A stretch of 32,320 bases of DNA, from assembly GCA_016748015.1 (NCBI GenBank), contig JAAOMT010000379.1:30194-62513 (forward strand). The letters run 5' to 3'. The notes beneath the pieces were generated by a model. The model had not been told where the DNA came from, searched no databases, and saw only the letters and a program-made list of their open reading frames with translations. Each line of letters opens with the position of its first letter. Positions within the stretch are counted from its first letter, which is position 1. This document shows positions 1 through 11,169 of the stretch, piece after piece. Made by a program: the position numbers and the translations under genes. This stretch comes from Geosiphon pyriformis uo1. Lineage: Eukaryota > Fungi > Glomeromycota.

Positions 1-90
1 AATTAAGAGTTGGTTATTTTTTTCACTGGTTAATAGTTATTGTTTTTATGTTTAAAAATAGTAGTATTTCTGAATAATCTTAAAATATAG
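1..90 (-). pseudogene. E3 host fragment: C-terminal part of ORF3
   Basis: F*DYSEILLFLNIKTITINQ aligns without gaps to E2 ORF3 FQDRLQILLNPEINFITVNQ. Confidence 0.8.
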
Positions 91-829
91 TGTTATGGGT
101 TGGAATAACAAGCTAATAGATAGCAAGGGAAAACAGAATTGTAGAGTAATAAAAAAAAATCAAAGAGAATTCAATTTTAAAGAACAAATTAAATGAGTAT
201 GAATTCAATGTATAAGATCAGTTTTATAAAATATCTCAGTCACTATACTTTTCAAAAGATAACCAGAGAATCTGAAAGTAGAAAGATAGTTTGTACTGTT
301 AACAAATGATTACACACTGGTATAATTCTATGTTTCATATTAGTGCTCTTAGAATTTAATATTAAGTATTAAATATACTTTTCAATCATGTTTTATTTAA
401 TAATCTTCAAATGCTATAATTATATGAGTCAGAAAAAGAGTAGATAAATACCAACAAGTAATCTTTTATCTTAAAATGTTCAAATACTTGAAAGTAAGGA
501 AAAAAAAATTAGTAAGAAGAGAAGAATTAAAATAAAGTTGTTATTTTATTTTATTTTTCTTTTTGATTCTTACATGCTTTTTTATAGCTAAGAGATTCAT
601 TGCTTATATAGCTATCAAAAGTGGTCAATGATCAGATCAACAACTAGGTCAATAATCAAATTGATGACTAGGTCAATAATCAGGTTATTGATCAGATTGA
701 TAATCAAATCAATGATCAGATTATTAATCAGGTTAATAATTACTATTTAAAAATAGGGTGGCTAATTATATGACATCAGTAGCTAATATATGTAATAACT
801 AATAAAAAATATGAGTTTTAATCATAACA
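91..829 (-). repeat. E1 3' LTR
   Basis: TGTTATG...CATAACA terminal inverted repeats; colinear with 7159-7800. Confidence 0.95.
622..740. repeat. ~12-bp tandem array (GGTCAATGATCA-like, ~10 units) in E1 LTR U3
   Basis: Visible units ggtcaatgatca, gatcaacaacta, ggtcaataatca; only ~2 units in the partner LTR (7690-7712). Confidence 0.85.
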
Positions 830-840
830 TTATTTTTTCC
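830..840 (-). other. E1 polypurine tract (degenerate)
   Basis: Minus-strand GGAAAAAATAA abuts the 3' LTR. Confidence 0.55.
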
Positions 841-1455
841 AAAGAGATTGAACTCCAGCAAAATCAAGCTATTTATAAAATAATTTATTTGAAGTGTTTT
901 ATCTAATTCAAAACTAACTAATTTGTTGAAGTCTTTTGTAGATAGAGTGTATAATACTTGAGGCAAAATGAGTTTTGTATCTAAGAGATCAAATCTTTGT
1001 ATTAGAGTTTTGGCTCTTTTAACAATAGTTAAAACTCTTGGGACATTCAACTGTATAATGTTCAAAATTTCTGTCTATATTTTTAAAGTTGTTTTCTTTA
1101 TAAGTTTTATATCCTTTATGATTTTTCTAAGGTAACCATAGAATTTTAATTGTCTTTCATATAACAAATTTTTGTCTATGGGTAAGATTTCTTGGATTGT
1201 TTTTCCAATTATGCTAAAAAGTGAGAATATAGCTGCTATTATACTTTCTAACAGATATTTATCCATTTTGCTACTAATTCTTTCTCTTTTGGTAGTGGTT
1301 TTCTTTGGTTTAATAAAAGTGTGTGTTCTACTGTTATTAGTTATGATGATTTGTTTTTCAATAATCAGAATAGCATTTGGATAGTTTTTGATTCAATACT
1401 CATAAAGAGTATAGAAAGTGTTTTGAATGTTTTGATCCAGAAAATAATTGTTCAT
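830..1455 (-). pseudogene. E1 ORF3, unknown ~205 aa protein downstream of integrase
   Basis: ATG at 1455. ORFs 1075-1266 and 799-1065 are in the same frame, interrupted by only two stops (TGA, TAG). Confidence 0.75.
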
Positions 1456-1509
1456 GTTGATTAAAGATATCTCTGTTTTGGAAATGGTGTATTTATTTAT
1501 ACTTAATTT

Positions 1510-2815
1510 TTGCTGATTATTTGGGTCGATATTATTACAACAAACAACCAATCAAGTCGTTTATGATATTTCTTGAGTCATATATCATGAACAAAATAAT
1601 CATTAAAGATTGTTTCAGATTGATCTTAAAGAATATAAGAATCATTGTTCAAAACTTTGTTGACTAAAAAGATTCTTTTCTATTGGTTAGAGAATTTATT
1701 ACCATAGATATTGTTTTTGTCTGAATGGTATTCTAATATTAAGTTACCAATACTTAAGAAAAGTGTTTTATAGATTTTCTTTTTTTTAAGCTTTTCTTAA
1801 AACTGTTTTATCTTTTCAAAAGCAATTATTTGTGCTTCTATTAAGGAGTCAAAAATGGTATTAAGTCTTTTTTGCAAAATGTTTTTATAATTCTCTATTG
1901 TGATTTTCTTAAAAGATATTATTTTAGGATTATTTTCTATTAGTAATATTGCCATGCATCCATTAAGCAGATAAAAAGGTTCATAACTTGTTATATCATA
2001 ATTCACAGTTCTATAAACAAACAAGGCTGAAGGCAGTACTTTGTCTTATAAGTTTGTTTCTTTACTGGTTTTGGCTAGAGTTTCACATAGTGTTTTATTG
2101 AAATGTTCTACTAGACCATTTGTTTGAAAGTGGTAAAAAGAAGAAAGTTTATGATATATTCTTATTTTTTTGCAAAGTTCTTTAACCAGTGTACTGAAAA
2201 AAGCTCTTTTTTTATCAAATAAAAATTCTTTGGGGCAGCTATGACAGTAGATAATATTTTCATAAATGAAATTGGATATTGAAACTGCTGTTTGATCTGA
2301 AATAGTTCTTGCTTTTACTCACTTTATAAGATAGTTAGTAGCTGTAATAATATATCTATTGCTATTAAGAATTATTGTTAAAGGTCCAACAACATCTATA
2401 CTAATTCTGTTAAATGGTTGACTAACAGAGATTGGATAAATATTTTTTTTTTGATTGGGTTTGCCTCTTTTTTGGCAAATGTCACAGATTTTAATGTATT
2501 CAGCAATGTCTTTTTCCAAAATAGGCCAATAATAATGAGCTAAGGTTTTCTGAATTGTTTTTGTTTTTCTAAAGTGTTTAGCTAATGAATTAGTATGTAT
2601 GTTGTATATTACAATTTCTTTTTCTTCAAATCTGATGACTCTTTGAGGGTGGTCAGAATTTTTTTTGTTTCTTTTATATAACTGATTCTGGCAGATCAAA
2701 TAGAAATTTGATTGTTTGCACAAATGTTTTCTTTGCTGTTAAGTGTAGTCCAATGGGTATTGTTTTTTACCCAAAAATTCTATTAAGACAAAATAGTTGT
2801 CTAAGTCCATTATCA
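1510..2815 (-). pseudogene. E1 integrase (HHCC zinc finger, DDE core, GPY/F-type C-terminus)
   Basis: H..LAKHF...YYWP...CDICQ...PFNRISIDVVGPL; YRTVNYDITSYEPFYLL. Confidence 0.92.
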
Positions 2816-2879
2816 TGTTTATTTATAAAAGAGTTACTAATAATTAAGTTGGTTTGGTTAAGAGGTTATATTATCACTG

Positions 2880-3320
2880 AATAGTAAGTCTGAAGAAAGC
2901 ATTAGCATTTTGATGATTAGCTTCTTTGTAATGTTGAATATCATAGTTGAATTCATTCAGATGAAGTATTCAGTAAGTTATTCATTTATGTTTCAGCTTT
3001 TTTTTGTTATGCAGTTAAACCAAGACTTGATAATCTGTTACCACTAGAAATTTCACACCAAGAAGATATTAATCCCAATAGTTAGTAGTTCAAACTACTG
3101 TTAAACATTCTTGTTCAGTTATTGAATAGTTTTTTTCTGCTGGTGTGAAAGATCTATTGGCATATGCTATAGTATGTTCTCTATTATTTTCATCTTTCTA
3201 TAAGAGAACAGCACCAAGTCTATAGCCAGATGCATCAGTATGAAGAATAAAAAATTGGTTCAAGTCAGGTTGTTTGAGAATTGGTTCAGTAACAAGTTTT
3301 TTCTTCAGAATTTCAAAAGC
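2880..3320 (-). pseudogene. E1 RNase H (RT_RNaseH type)
   Basis: FILHTDASGYRLGAVL...IAYANRSFTPAEKNYSITEQECL. Confidence 0.92.
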
Positions 3321-3329
3321 TTTTTGTTG

Positions 3330-4230
3330 ATGAATGCTTCAGTAATAATTGACATTTTTTCTGAGTAGCTGATTAAGTAAGAAAGCACTTTTAGAAAAAT
3401 TTTTGATAAATTTGTGATAATAAGAAGCCAAACCAAGAAAAAAGCATAGTTTAGGAACATTCATTAGTTGTCTAATGTTCTGAACTTTTTCAACTTTAGC
3501 TGAATCAGAGAAGATTCCATCTTTTGTAATAAAATAACCAAGAAACTAGATAGATTGGCATCCAAAGAAAAATTTGATTAGGTTAATCTTAAGACCAACA
3601 TTTTTAAGAAAGTCAAAAACCTTTTGCAAGTGTTCAAGATGTTTATCCCAGATTTTTGAGTATACTATTATGTTATCTAAGTAGACCAAAACAAAGTTTT
3701 TTTTTACTGATTTAAATACTTTGTCTATTAAGCATTAAAAAATGGAAGGGACATTAGTGAGACCAAAAAATGTAGCTGTGAATTCATAGATGCCATACTT
3801 GATAATAAAAGCAGTTTTTTTTCTGCTTTCTGAATCCATTTTTACTTGCCAGAATTCAGCAGTTAAGTTAATAGTTAAGAAGAAAGCAGCACTATTGAAT
3901 TTGTTTAGCATTGCATTAATTTTGGGAAGTAAGTACATGTCTTTTATAGTAATAATATTTAATTGGTGATAATCAACACAAAAACATAGGGTTCTATCTT
4001 TCTTGGATACCACTACAACTGGAAAAGCCCATTTATTCTTGGTTTTTTATATAAAACCAAGATTTTTTATTCGGGTTACAACTTTTTTAATGAACTTATT
4101 ATTGTGCTAATTGGATTAATAAAACTTTAAATAGATAGTGCAAGTTTTTTTGTTGATAATAGTGTGTTGTATTACATGGGTTTATTCAAAGATATCATTT
4201 TTTTTGAGATAATTGGGCTATTTTTAGCCA
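3330..4230 (-). pseudogene. E1 reverse transcriptase
   Basis: KKDRTLCFCVDYHQLN, INLTAEFWQV, FGLTNVPSIF, LVYLDNII (decayed YLDD, ~3672-3683). Confidence 0.95.
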
Positions 4231-4740
4231 ACAGATTTTCAATGTTCACTTTTTTTTCTTCAGGAAAAGGTTTTTTTTGTTCTATAATTAGTAATTAGAT
4301 TTCAGGTGGTTCATTCTTAAAAAACTTTTGTACTTCTTTTAGTTTTTCTTTGGGTATCAAACTAATTGGCTCTTAATCTTTGTAATAGATTAGGCAAAAC
4401 TTGTATTCATTACTAGAAGAATATAAAAATTTATTGCACCAGCACCTAATACAAGAACCATATTATTAATAGCTATATTTGGCTTTCTTGCCAGGTTTTT
4501 TATCAAAGGTTCTTCTGAGGATATCATAGTAGAGCCAGCAAATTAGCTTGCCATTTACCATGATTCTTTTTTTGTTAGCTTTAACATTATTCAGTGACTT
4601 GTCATTGCTAATGAAAATAGTATAAACGAGTTCAGTAGTTTTTTTTTGTTCTTCTTAATTTTTTTTTCATTGTTTTTATCATTATCTGATTCATTTGATT
4701 GTTTTTCTTCTTGGTTCTGTTTGATTATTAAAGGAGTTGT

Positions 4741-5100
4741 TCAATAACAGCACTTAACCATAATGGGTTTTTCATCACATTTGATGGTTAGCTTACAAAG
4801 TTTATAGTCAAGTAATGCTTTGGCTTTCTTGAGCCACTTATTACTAACAATGATAGTATACTCTTTTGCTTCAAATACTTCTATGTTAGTTTCAATGCTA
4901 ATGCCATTGATGCAAACAGAAACAGCTTTGGCTATATTCAAGTTTTTCTTCTTGTCACCATGTATATTGGTTATAAGCCAGGTGGAAAGTTCATCAATCT
5001 TTCTTTTAATGGCTTCTAGAAAGTGTTTGGCAATTACACTAACAGATAATCTACTGTCTAGGATCAAGACAATAAAATAACCAGCCACTTGGGTTTTGCA
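4741..5100 (-). pseudogene. E1 aspartic protease
   Basis: VLILDSRLSVSVI (decayed DSG) and IIVSNKWL (decayed IIVGNxWL). Confidence 0.9.
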
Positions 5101-5149
5101 AATAAGGGAGATAATATTGCTGTTGTCAGCAAATTTAGCTTAGTGAAAA

Positions 5150-7090
5150 CACTTGTTGGTTTTTGGTGTTTTCTTCTTTAGAATCAATGATTTGTGAAGA
5201 TCTTTTCTGAACTGTGGATGGATTATCAATTGGCCAAAAGTGATATGAGCTGGAGTTTCTATAAGGTCTTTGACAACAGAATAGGGGCCAGATTTTTGTA
5301 CAATTTCTGGGAATTTTAACTTTAAAGAATTCTTAAAAACTTTAGTCTTTGGTAGTTTATTGTTATTAGCAGTTGATATAAATGCTTTGTTTGGGTTCAG
5401 AACGAAATCAACCTTGGCTTTCTTCTTCTTTCTTGTTGATTTAAAGGTGTTAATTGCTAGTTTATCTATGTTATGGTCATTATTAGTTAGATTAAAAGTG
5501 TAAAAGAAGTTTTTTTCTGGTTGGCTTGCACTCTTACTTTTTGGAAGTGCACTTATTAGTTTAAAGACTAATAAACAGTGGCTTTAACTAAGAAATTCTC
5601 TTCAAAGAAATTGATGTTGGCATGATTGGGTCTTTGATTAAGGGCATTGTTGTTAATAGTTTTGTTGTTTTGATTGTCATTGTTTTTAGGAACTGGAAAA
5701 AGTAATGGAAGATTGTTGTAATCTCTAGAAAAGTGTCTAATTAATCCACAGCAATAGCACACAAGTGAATCACAATTTTGTTGTCTTTAATAAGGAAATT
5801 ACTAGAGCTGATTAAAATGGGGCTCAAATCTGGGTCTTTGTAGTTGCTGATTTTTTCTGACTGCTTGGGCTAAAAGTTTTAATAACTGCACAAGATTAGC
5901 TGTAAGCCTATCTATTAATTGTTTATTGAAATTTAAAGTCTGAGCAGTAAAAAAAATAACAGCCATTTGAGGAGCAAGAGTCATTTGAAGAGCAGGAGCA
6001 AAAACTAGTAGTGTGAATCCTAAGTACATTCTTTGGTTGTCTTCAATTCATTGAGCAAGTTCAATGATCATGTCTATTGTGAGATTGTCTTTTAAGGCCA
6101 AAAGAGGCCAAAAAGCATATAAGAGATCAGTTCTCAATCTTTTTATAAAGGAGTGAATTTTTTGTTCTTCTGTTTAGTTTCTTCCAGAATCTACTCATTT
6201 GATTAGTTTTCTAATGACTTTAACATATTTAGTCACAACTTTACCAAAATCTTGAGTTTTTCTTTTTAATTCCATATGCTATTTTGAGATTAAGATAGGA
6301 GCTCTAAATTTAGTTTCAAACCAGATTGTGAAAGAGGTGTTTTCTTTTCCAATATTTGTTGGTATTCATTTAATGATTTTTTAATAAGCATCAGCATTGG
6401 TTTCTTGTAAAAACCAAGTAGCAAGAGAATCTTGGAGGTAGCCACCAATAATTTGAAACTTGTATTTATTATCATATTGGTTGGCTGTGACAGCTTTTTC
6501 AAAGTCATCTAATCATTCAATTGGATCTTGTATATTGTCTTTAAATAAAGTTAGTGGGGTGTTATTTTTTTGCCTTAAAGCAGTTTTTATGCTTTGGAAG
6601 GCAATCAGAATGTTTTGTTGCAAAGGGTCATTAGTTATTGGTTTAGGAATAGCTGTTTGTATGGAGTGTTTTGATTTACTTGAAAAGAGATCAAAAACAA
6701 AAATGGTTTAATAGCTTTTTTCTTCTGTTTTAAATAGTGTTTTAGTTAACTGATGGGCAGCAATCCAAATGTGAATTTGGTGATTTAGGTATTCAAAATT
6801 AGGGGGCTGTTGTTCAAAAATTGTGGAATATAAAAGCTGATTGATACTGTTGTTTCTTTTTTCAAAGTTGTCTTCAAAATAAGCTTAATAAAAGTAATAA
6901 GTTGTATAAACTATGTAGGTTTTAGCTGAATGCTTGTTTAGAAACCAGTTTCAAAAGTCTTAGAATTGTCTGCTAAATTGTTTTTCAATAAGAAAGCAAA
7001 TCAAGCAGAAGGGCAAATAATTAAGTTTAATAAAATCTAAATTGTTTTTGTTGTGTGCTTCAAAGTGTTCTTCTGATTATTGTGACAGAT
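5150..7090 (-). pseudogene. E1 gag (capsid and CCHC zinc knuckle)
   Basis: DPIE*LDDFEKAVTANQY capsid-like segment; CYCCGLIRHFSRDY knuckle at ~5718-5759. Confidence 0.85.
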
Positions 7091-7135
7091 ATAAATAATC
7101 ACCCATACAATAAAAAACAAAATGGATTTTGACAA

Positions 7136-7152
7136 TCTTACAAAAAGCACCA
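7136..7152 (-). other. E1 primer binding site
   Basis: TGGTGCTTTTTGTAAGA differs from the E2 PBS by transitions only. Confidence 0.85.
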
Positions 7153-7158
7153 CTTTTA

Positions 7159-7800
7159 CATTATAAGTTGGAATAACAAGCTAATAGATAGCAAGGGAGA
7201 ACAGAATTGTAAAATGATAAAAAAAAATCAAAGAGAATTTAACTTCAAAGAGTGAATTGAATGAGTATGGATTTAATGTGTAAAATCAGTCTCATAAAAT
7301 ATCTCAGTCACTATACTTTTCAGAAAATAACCAGAGAATCTGAAAGTAGAAAAATAATTCATACTGTCAACAAATAATTACACACTGGTATAATTTTATG
7401 TCTTATGTTAATGCTTTTAGAATTCAATATTAGGTATTAGATGTATTCTTTAGTTATGTTTTATTCAATAATTTTCAAATGTTACAATTATATGAGTCAG
7501 AAAAAGAGTAGATAAATGTTAACAAGTAAGTTTTATTCCAAGATGTTCAGATACTTGAAAGTAAAAAAAGAGAAATTAGTAAGAAGAAAAAAATTAAGAT
7601 AAAATTGTTATTTTATTTTTTTTCTCTCTTTGATTTTTATATGCTTTTCTACAACTAAGAGATTCATTGCTTATATAGCTATCAAAAATAGTCAATAATT
7701 AGGTCAATAATTACTATCTAAAAATAAGGTAGCTAATTATATAACATTAGTGGCTAATATATGTAATAACTAATAAAAAATATGAGTTTTAATCATAACA
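7159..7800 (-). repeat. E1 5' LTR
   Basis: Colinear with 91-829 and ends CATAACA; 97 bp shorter, mostly from fewer 12-bp tandem units. Confidence 0.93.
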
Positions 7801-7831
7801 ATAATATATAATTGATAAATTGTTTTGATGT
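7801..7831 (-). pseudogene. E3 host fragment: 31 bp of ORF3 between E1 and E2
   Basis: IKTIYQLYI vs E2 ARTIY*LHI. Confidence 0.75.
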
Positions 7832-8607
7832 TGTTACAGATGATTATTTGGGGTCTCCAATCAAATAACAAACCCATAACTTAGTGCTCAAAAGCTGATT
7901 TAAGTGATAATATCTGAAGGCTGTTTGTATCTGAAGATTTTGTTTGTTGAATCCTTTGTATAATAAACAGAGATTTAATTGATTGTTTTATCCGTAGCTT
8001 TCCGAAACTGCAGTTTTGTCAATTTTTTTTTCAGTATGATGGCTGGTAATCTTCCTAGTAAGATATTCTCAATTCCAAGTGTCTATTCTTATTTCTGGGT
8101 TTTTTACCAGTGCTATATTCTGATATCAGTACTTCTGCACATGAAATCTTTTAATCAAGTTAATAAACAAAAGAAATAACAAAAGAAAATAAAATTAAAG
8201 AAAATAAAGAATAAGTCAAGACAATAATAGTTAGTATCTTGTCAATAGCTGTGATTAAGAGCTATTGTTCCAGTGTGGTTAAGTATCAATTACTATTAAC
8301 ATGAAATATTGATAGTGAAAAGTGAATTTGAGATATGAAATAATTATTTATTAATATTTGTGATGTGAAAAGTTGCTTAGATTAAATCTAAACTGAAAGG
8401 TCTGTCTTTTCTACTTCTAACACTACTATTATATATACATAATTGAGATTCCTTAATTTCTTAATTCTTTACTTCAGGAATTCTGGAATCTTACAATTCC
8501 TTGTATGAGAATTCTGAAATTTCTGAAATCACAATTCCTCTTGAGAGGAATCCTGAAATTCCATATTTACTATAGCTACTTCTGATTGGCTAATTTATAT
8601 ATTAATA
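7832..8607 (-). repeat. E2 3' LTR
   Basis: Starts TGTTACAGA and ends TAATA (decayed TAACA); colinear with 16910-17736. Confidence 0.92.
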
Positions 8608-8620
8608 TACTTCCTTTCTT
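8608..8620 (-). other. E2 polypurine tract
   Basis: Minus-strand AAGAAAGGAAGTA next to the LTR. Confidence 0.75.
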
Positions 8621-9289
8621 TTAATATTGAGTTCTGTTAAAATCTTCCAAATATCCTAATTCTAATTCTCTATCTTTGAGTATTTCTTGAACTTTTTTTT
8701 TGAAAATTACTTGAGTTATCTTTTTCTGTAATTCTTCAAATTAAGTGTTGGTTATTTTACCCATTTGGTTAACTGTAATGAAGTTTATTTCCGGATTAAG
8801 TAAAATTTGCAGTCTGTCTTGAAATCTTATATGTAGCTAATAGATGGTTCTTGCTTGTGTAATTAAATTGTTCTTTCCCACAAATTGTTCTAATTGTTGC
8901 AGTATTGTGGTGTTAAATAATCGTTTTGTTTTATCTATGTATAAGTTTTGAATATTCAAGTATCATTCCAAGTAGAAATAACAAAAGTTCTTTGGAAATT
9001 TATGTATCCATTATTTCCAAGTTTTTTTGGTTAACTCTTTATATGTAGTAATACTTGTTGGTTCTTCTATTGCTAATTTTATTTTCAGAACCATTTTATT
9101 GATAGTGTTTTTTGTTTTCTTTTCACTTTTGTATTTGGGTATCTTTCTGGTATTTCAGTATTAAATGGTTTGTTGATTGATAGTAATTTCTATATTCTTT
9201 TGTTGAATTAGTTGGAAGAGTTGTTGTGCTAGTAAGTAAATATTATCAGTGATTTCTATTTTTCTGAAGTCTTTCATTGTGTCTATCAT
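8621..9289 (-). pseudogene. E2 ORF3, unknown ~220 aa protein
   Basis: ATG lies ~30 bp after the pol stop and the frame ends at the PPT; one frameshift and several stops: MIDTMKDFRKIEITDNIYLLAQQLFQLI...FCYFYLE*YLNIQNLYIDK...ARTIY*LHIRFQD... Confidence 0.78.
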
Positions 9290-9320
9290 GTTTTTATATT
9301 CTCTTTTTATTTGTTCAATT

Positions 9321-10700
9321 TTACATGTCTGGTTCAATGATTATAATTGGTTCCAGGTCTCGTGGAATCTCATTTGGTTGAACCAGTATTTTCTGTATTC
9401 CTAATTGTAAAATATTACTAGTAGATAATGATACTGTATGGTGATATGGTTTCAGTTGATTACCATATGCTGCTTTGGTTAAAATTTTGTTGTTCAACTT
9501 TAATTTATAAGCTCTATTTCTAAGAATTTTTTCTATGTAAAATGGTTTATCTCATTTGGGATCAAATTTTCTACTCTATTGTTTTTTTGCTTTAGTATAA
9601 TATAGAAGTACTTTGTCTCCAATCTTGAATTCAACTGGTTTATCTAATAGTCAGTTATTGTGTCTTTCTTTTTGTTTCTCTTGTGACTTTTGGATGTTAT
9701 CAGCTGTTTGTCACTGTTTGTTTTCTAGTGTTTCTATTAAGTTATATGTTTTTCTCAACAATGTTCTTTGGAAATTCTCTTCTGTTATTGGTTCTGTTGA
9801 ATATATTTGTACTTTTATTTCAACTGGTAATGTTGCTGTTCTATCATATACGAATTCAAATGGTGTTGCTTGTATAGTATCTTGTTTCATTGTCTGATAA
9901 ACAAATAATATTGATGGTATAAACAAATTTCATTCATCTTAATTTTCTTGGCTGATTTTGGCAATTGCTTCACACAATGTTCTATTGAATCTTTTAACTA
10001 ATCCATTTGTTTATGGATGATATGACAATGATAATGGTTTTTTAATTCCAAATTTTTGGCTTAATTCTGCTAATATTCTATTCACAAAGTAAGTTTCTTG
10101 ATCAGATAATAATTTTTTTAGACATCTATGTTGACAGATCAAATCTTGATAGATGAATTTGACAATAGATTCTGCATTTGCTCTTTGAATGGCTTTTGTT
10201 TCTGGTTATTTTGTAAGATAGTCTATGACTATTATGATATATCTGTTGTCTCTGCTGGTTATTGTTAATAGTCCTACTAAGTCAATTCCAATGCAATTAA
10301 ATGGTTGTTCCACTTTGATTGGTCTTAATGGCTTACTTGGTCTTGCTTCTCTTCTTTTCTGACAAGCATCACAATTCTGAACATATTAGATAATGTCTGG
10401 ATACATTGATGACCAATAGTATTTTTTTCTAGTTTTTTCTATGGTTGTTTCTTTATGAAAATATCCTGTTGTTGGATCTGAATGCATGTTGAACAATATT
10501 GTCTCTTTTTCTGGTTCTGTAATTACTCTGGTTGGTTGGTCTGAATTTCTTCTGTTTTTCTAGTAAAGTATATTTTGATAATTGATAAAATATTTTGATT
10601 ATTGTTTTATGTTGTTTTGTTCCTTTTGAGATAATTTCTTCTTGAACAATTGGGTATTTATATAATATTGGAGTTGTTAGTATTTTTGTATATTCATCTT
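9321..10700 (-). pseudogene. E2 integrase
   Basis: FNMHSDPTTGYF, CDACQ, IGIDLVGL, QTNGLVKRFNRTL, TPFEFVY, decayed KFDPKWDGPF (GPY/F) motif. Confidence 0.93.
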
Positions 10701-10734
10701 TTGTTATATTTTTGAGTTAAAATGTTTTTAGATT

Positions 10735-11160
10735 TGTCTCATTTACAACAATCCATTGGCATTTCTATTGTTTTTTTCTTTTTTATAATGTACTGTAAAT
10801 GTATATGGTGATAGTGCTATTTTCTATTTTGCATAACAATCATCTCCAAATTCTTGCTTTTAAATTAAAGTCAATCCTTTGTGGTCAGTATAAACATCAA
10901 ACTTTTGGCTCAAGTATTCTTTTCATTTGGTAACAGCCCAATAGATAGCTAATTGTTCTAGTGCTAGAGTTCCATAATTTTTTTCAGCTGGACTTAAGTT
11001 TCTACTGGCATAAATTACTGAATGTTCTCTTCCATCTGGTCTTTTCTGTAATAGTACTGCTCCCAATGCTTGGCCTAATGCATTGATGGTAATAATGAAT
11101 GGTTTGCTGTGATCTAAATACATCAACACTAGAGCTTGAATAAGTTTTTTTCTTAATGTT
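10735..11160 (-). pseudogene. E2 RNase H
   Basis: PFIITINALGQALGAVLLQ...VIYASRNLSPAEKNYGTLALEQLAIYWAV. Confidence 0.93.
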
Positions 11161-11169
11161 TCAAATGCT

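Larger units (their letters stand above)
91..7800 (-). mobile_element. E1: full-length degenerate Ty3/Gypsy LTR retrotransposon (family A; gag-PR-RT-RH-IN-ORF3, no dUTPase)
   Basis: Direct repeats at 91-829 and 7159-7800; PBS and PPT; Gypsy domain order on the minus strand; flanks ATAG/ATAA form a 4-bp TSD with one transition. Confidence 0.95.

Noticed and set aside
622-740. CRISPR-like array
   Set aside because: Units are contiguous with no spacers, lie inside an LTR, and the context is eukaryotic with no cas genes.
1172-1384. Hydrophobic plus-strand ORFs resembling membrane proteins (also 4820, 6460, 9613, 9683, 12727, 18160, 18541)
   Set aside because: Antisense shadows of A-rich retrotransposon coding strands.
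7979-8179. Small ORF in the E2 LTR
   Set aside because: Not open in the partner LTR; a chance ORF.
8621-9289. ORF3 as a retroviral Env
   Set aside because: Too short, with no clear signal peptide or transmembrane anchor.
9321-9500. Chromodomain at the integrase C-terminus
   Set aside because: No YLVKW-type motif; the tail is GPY/F followed by a short LEPIIII segment.
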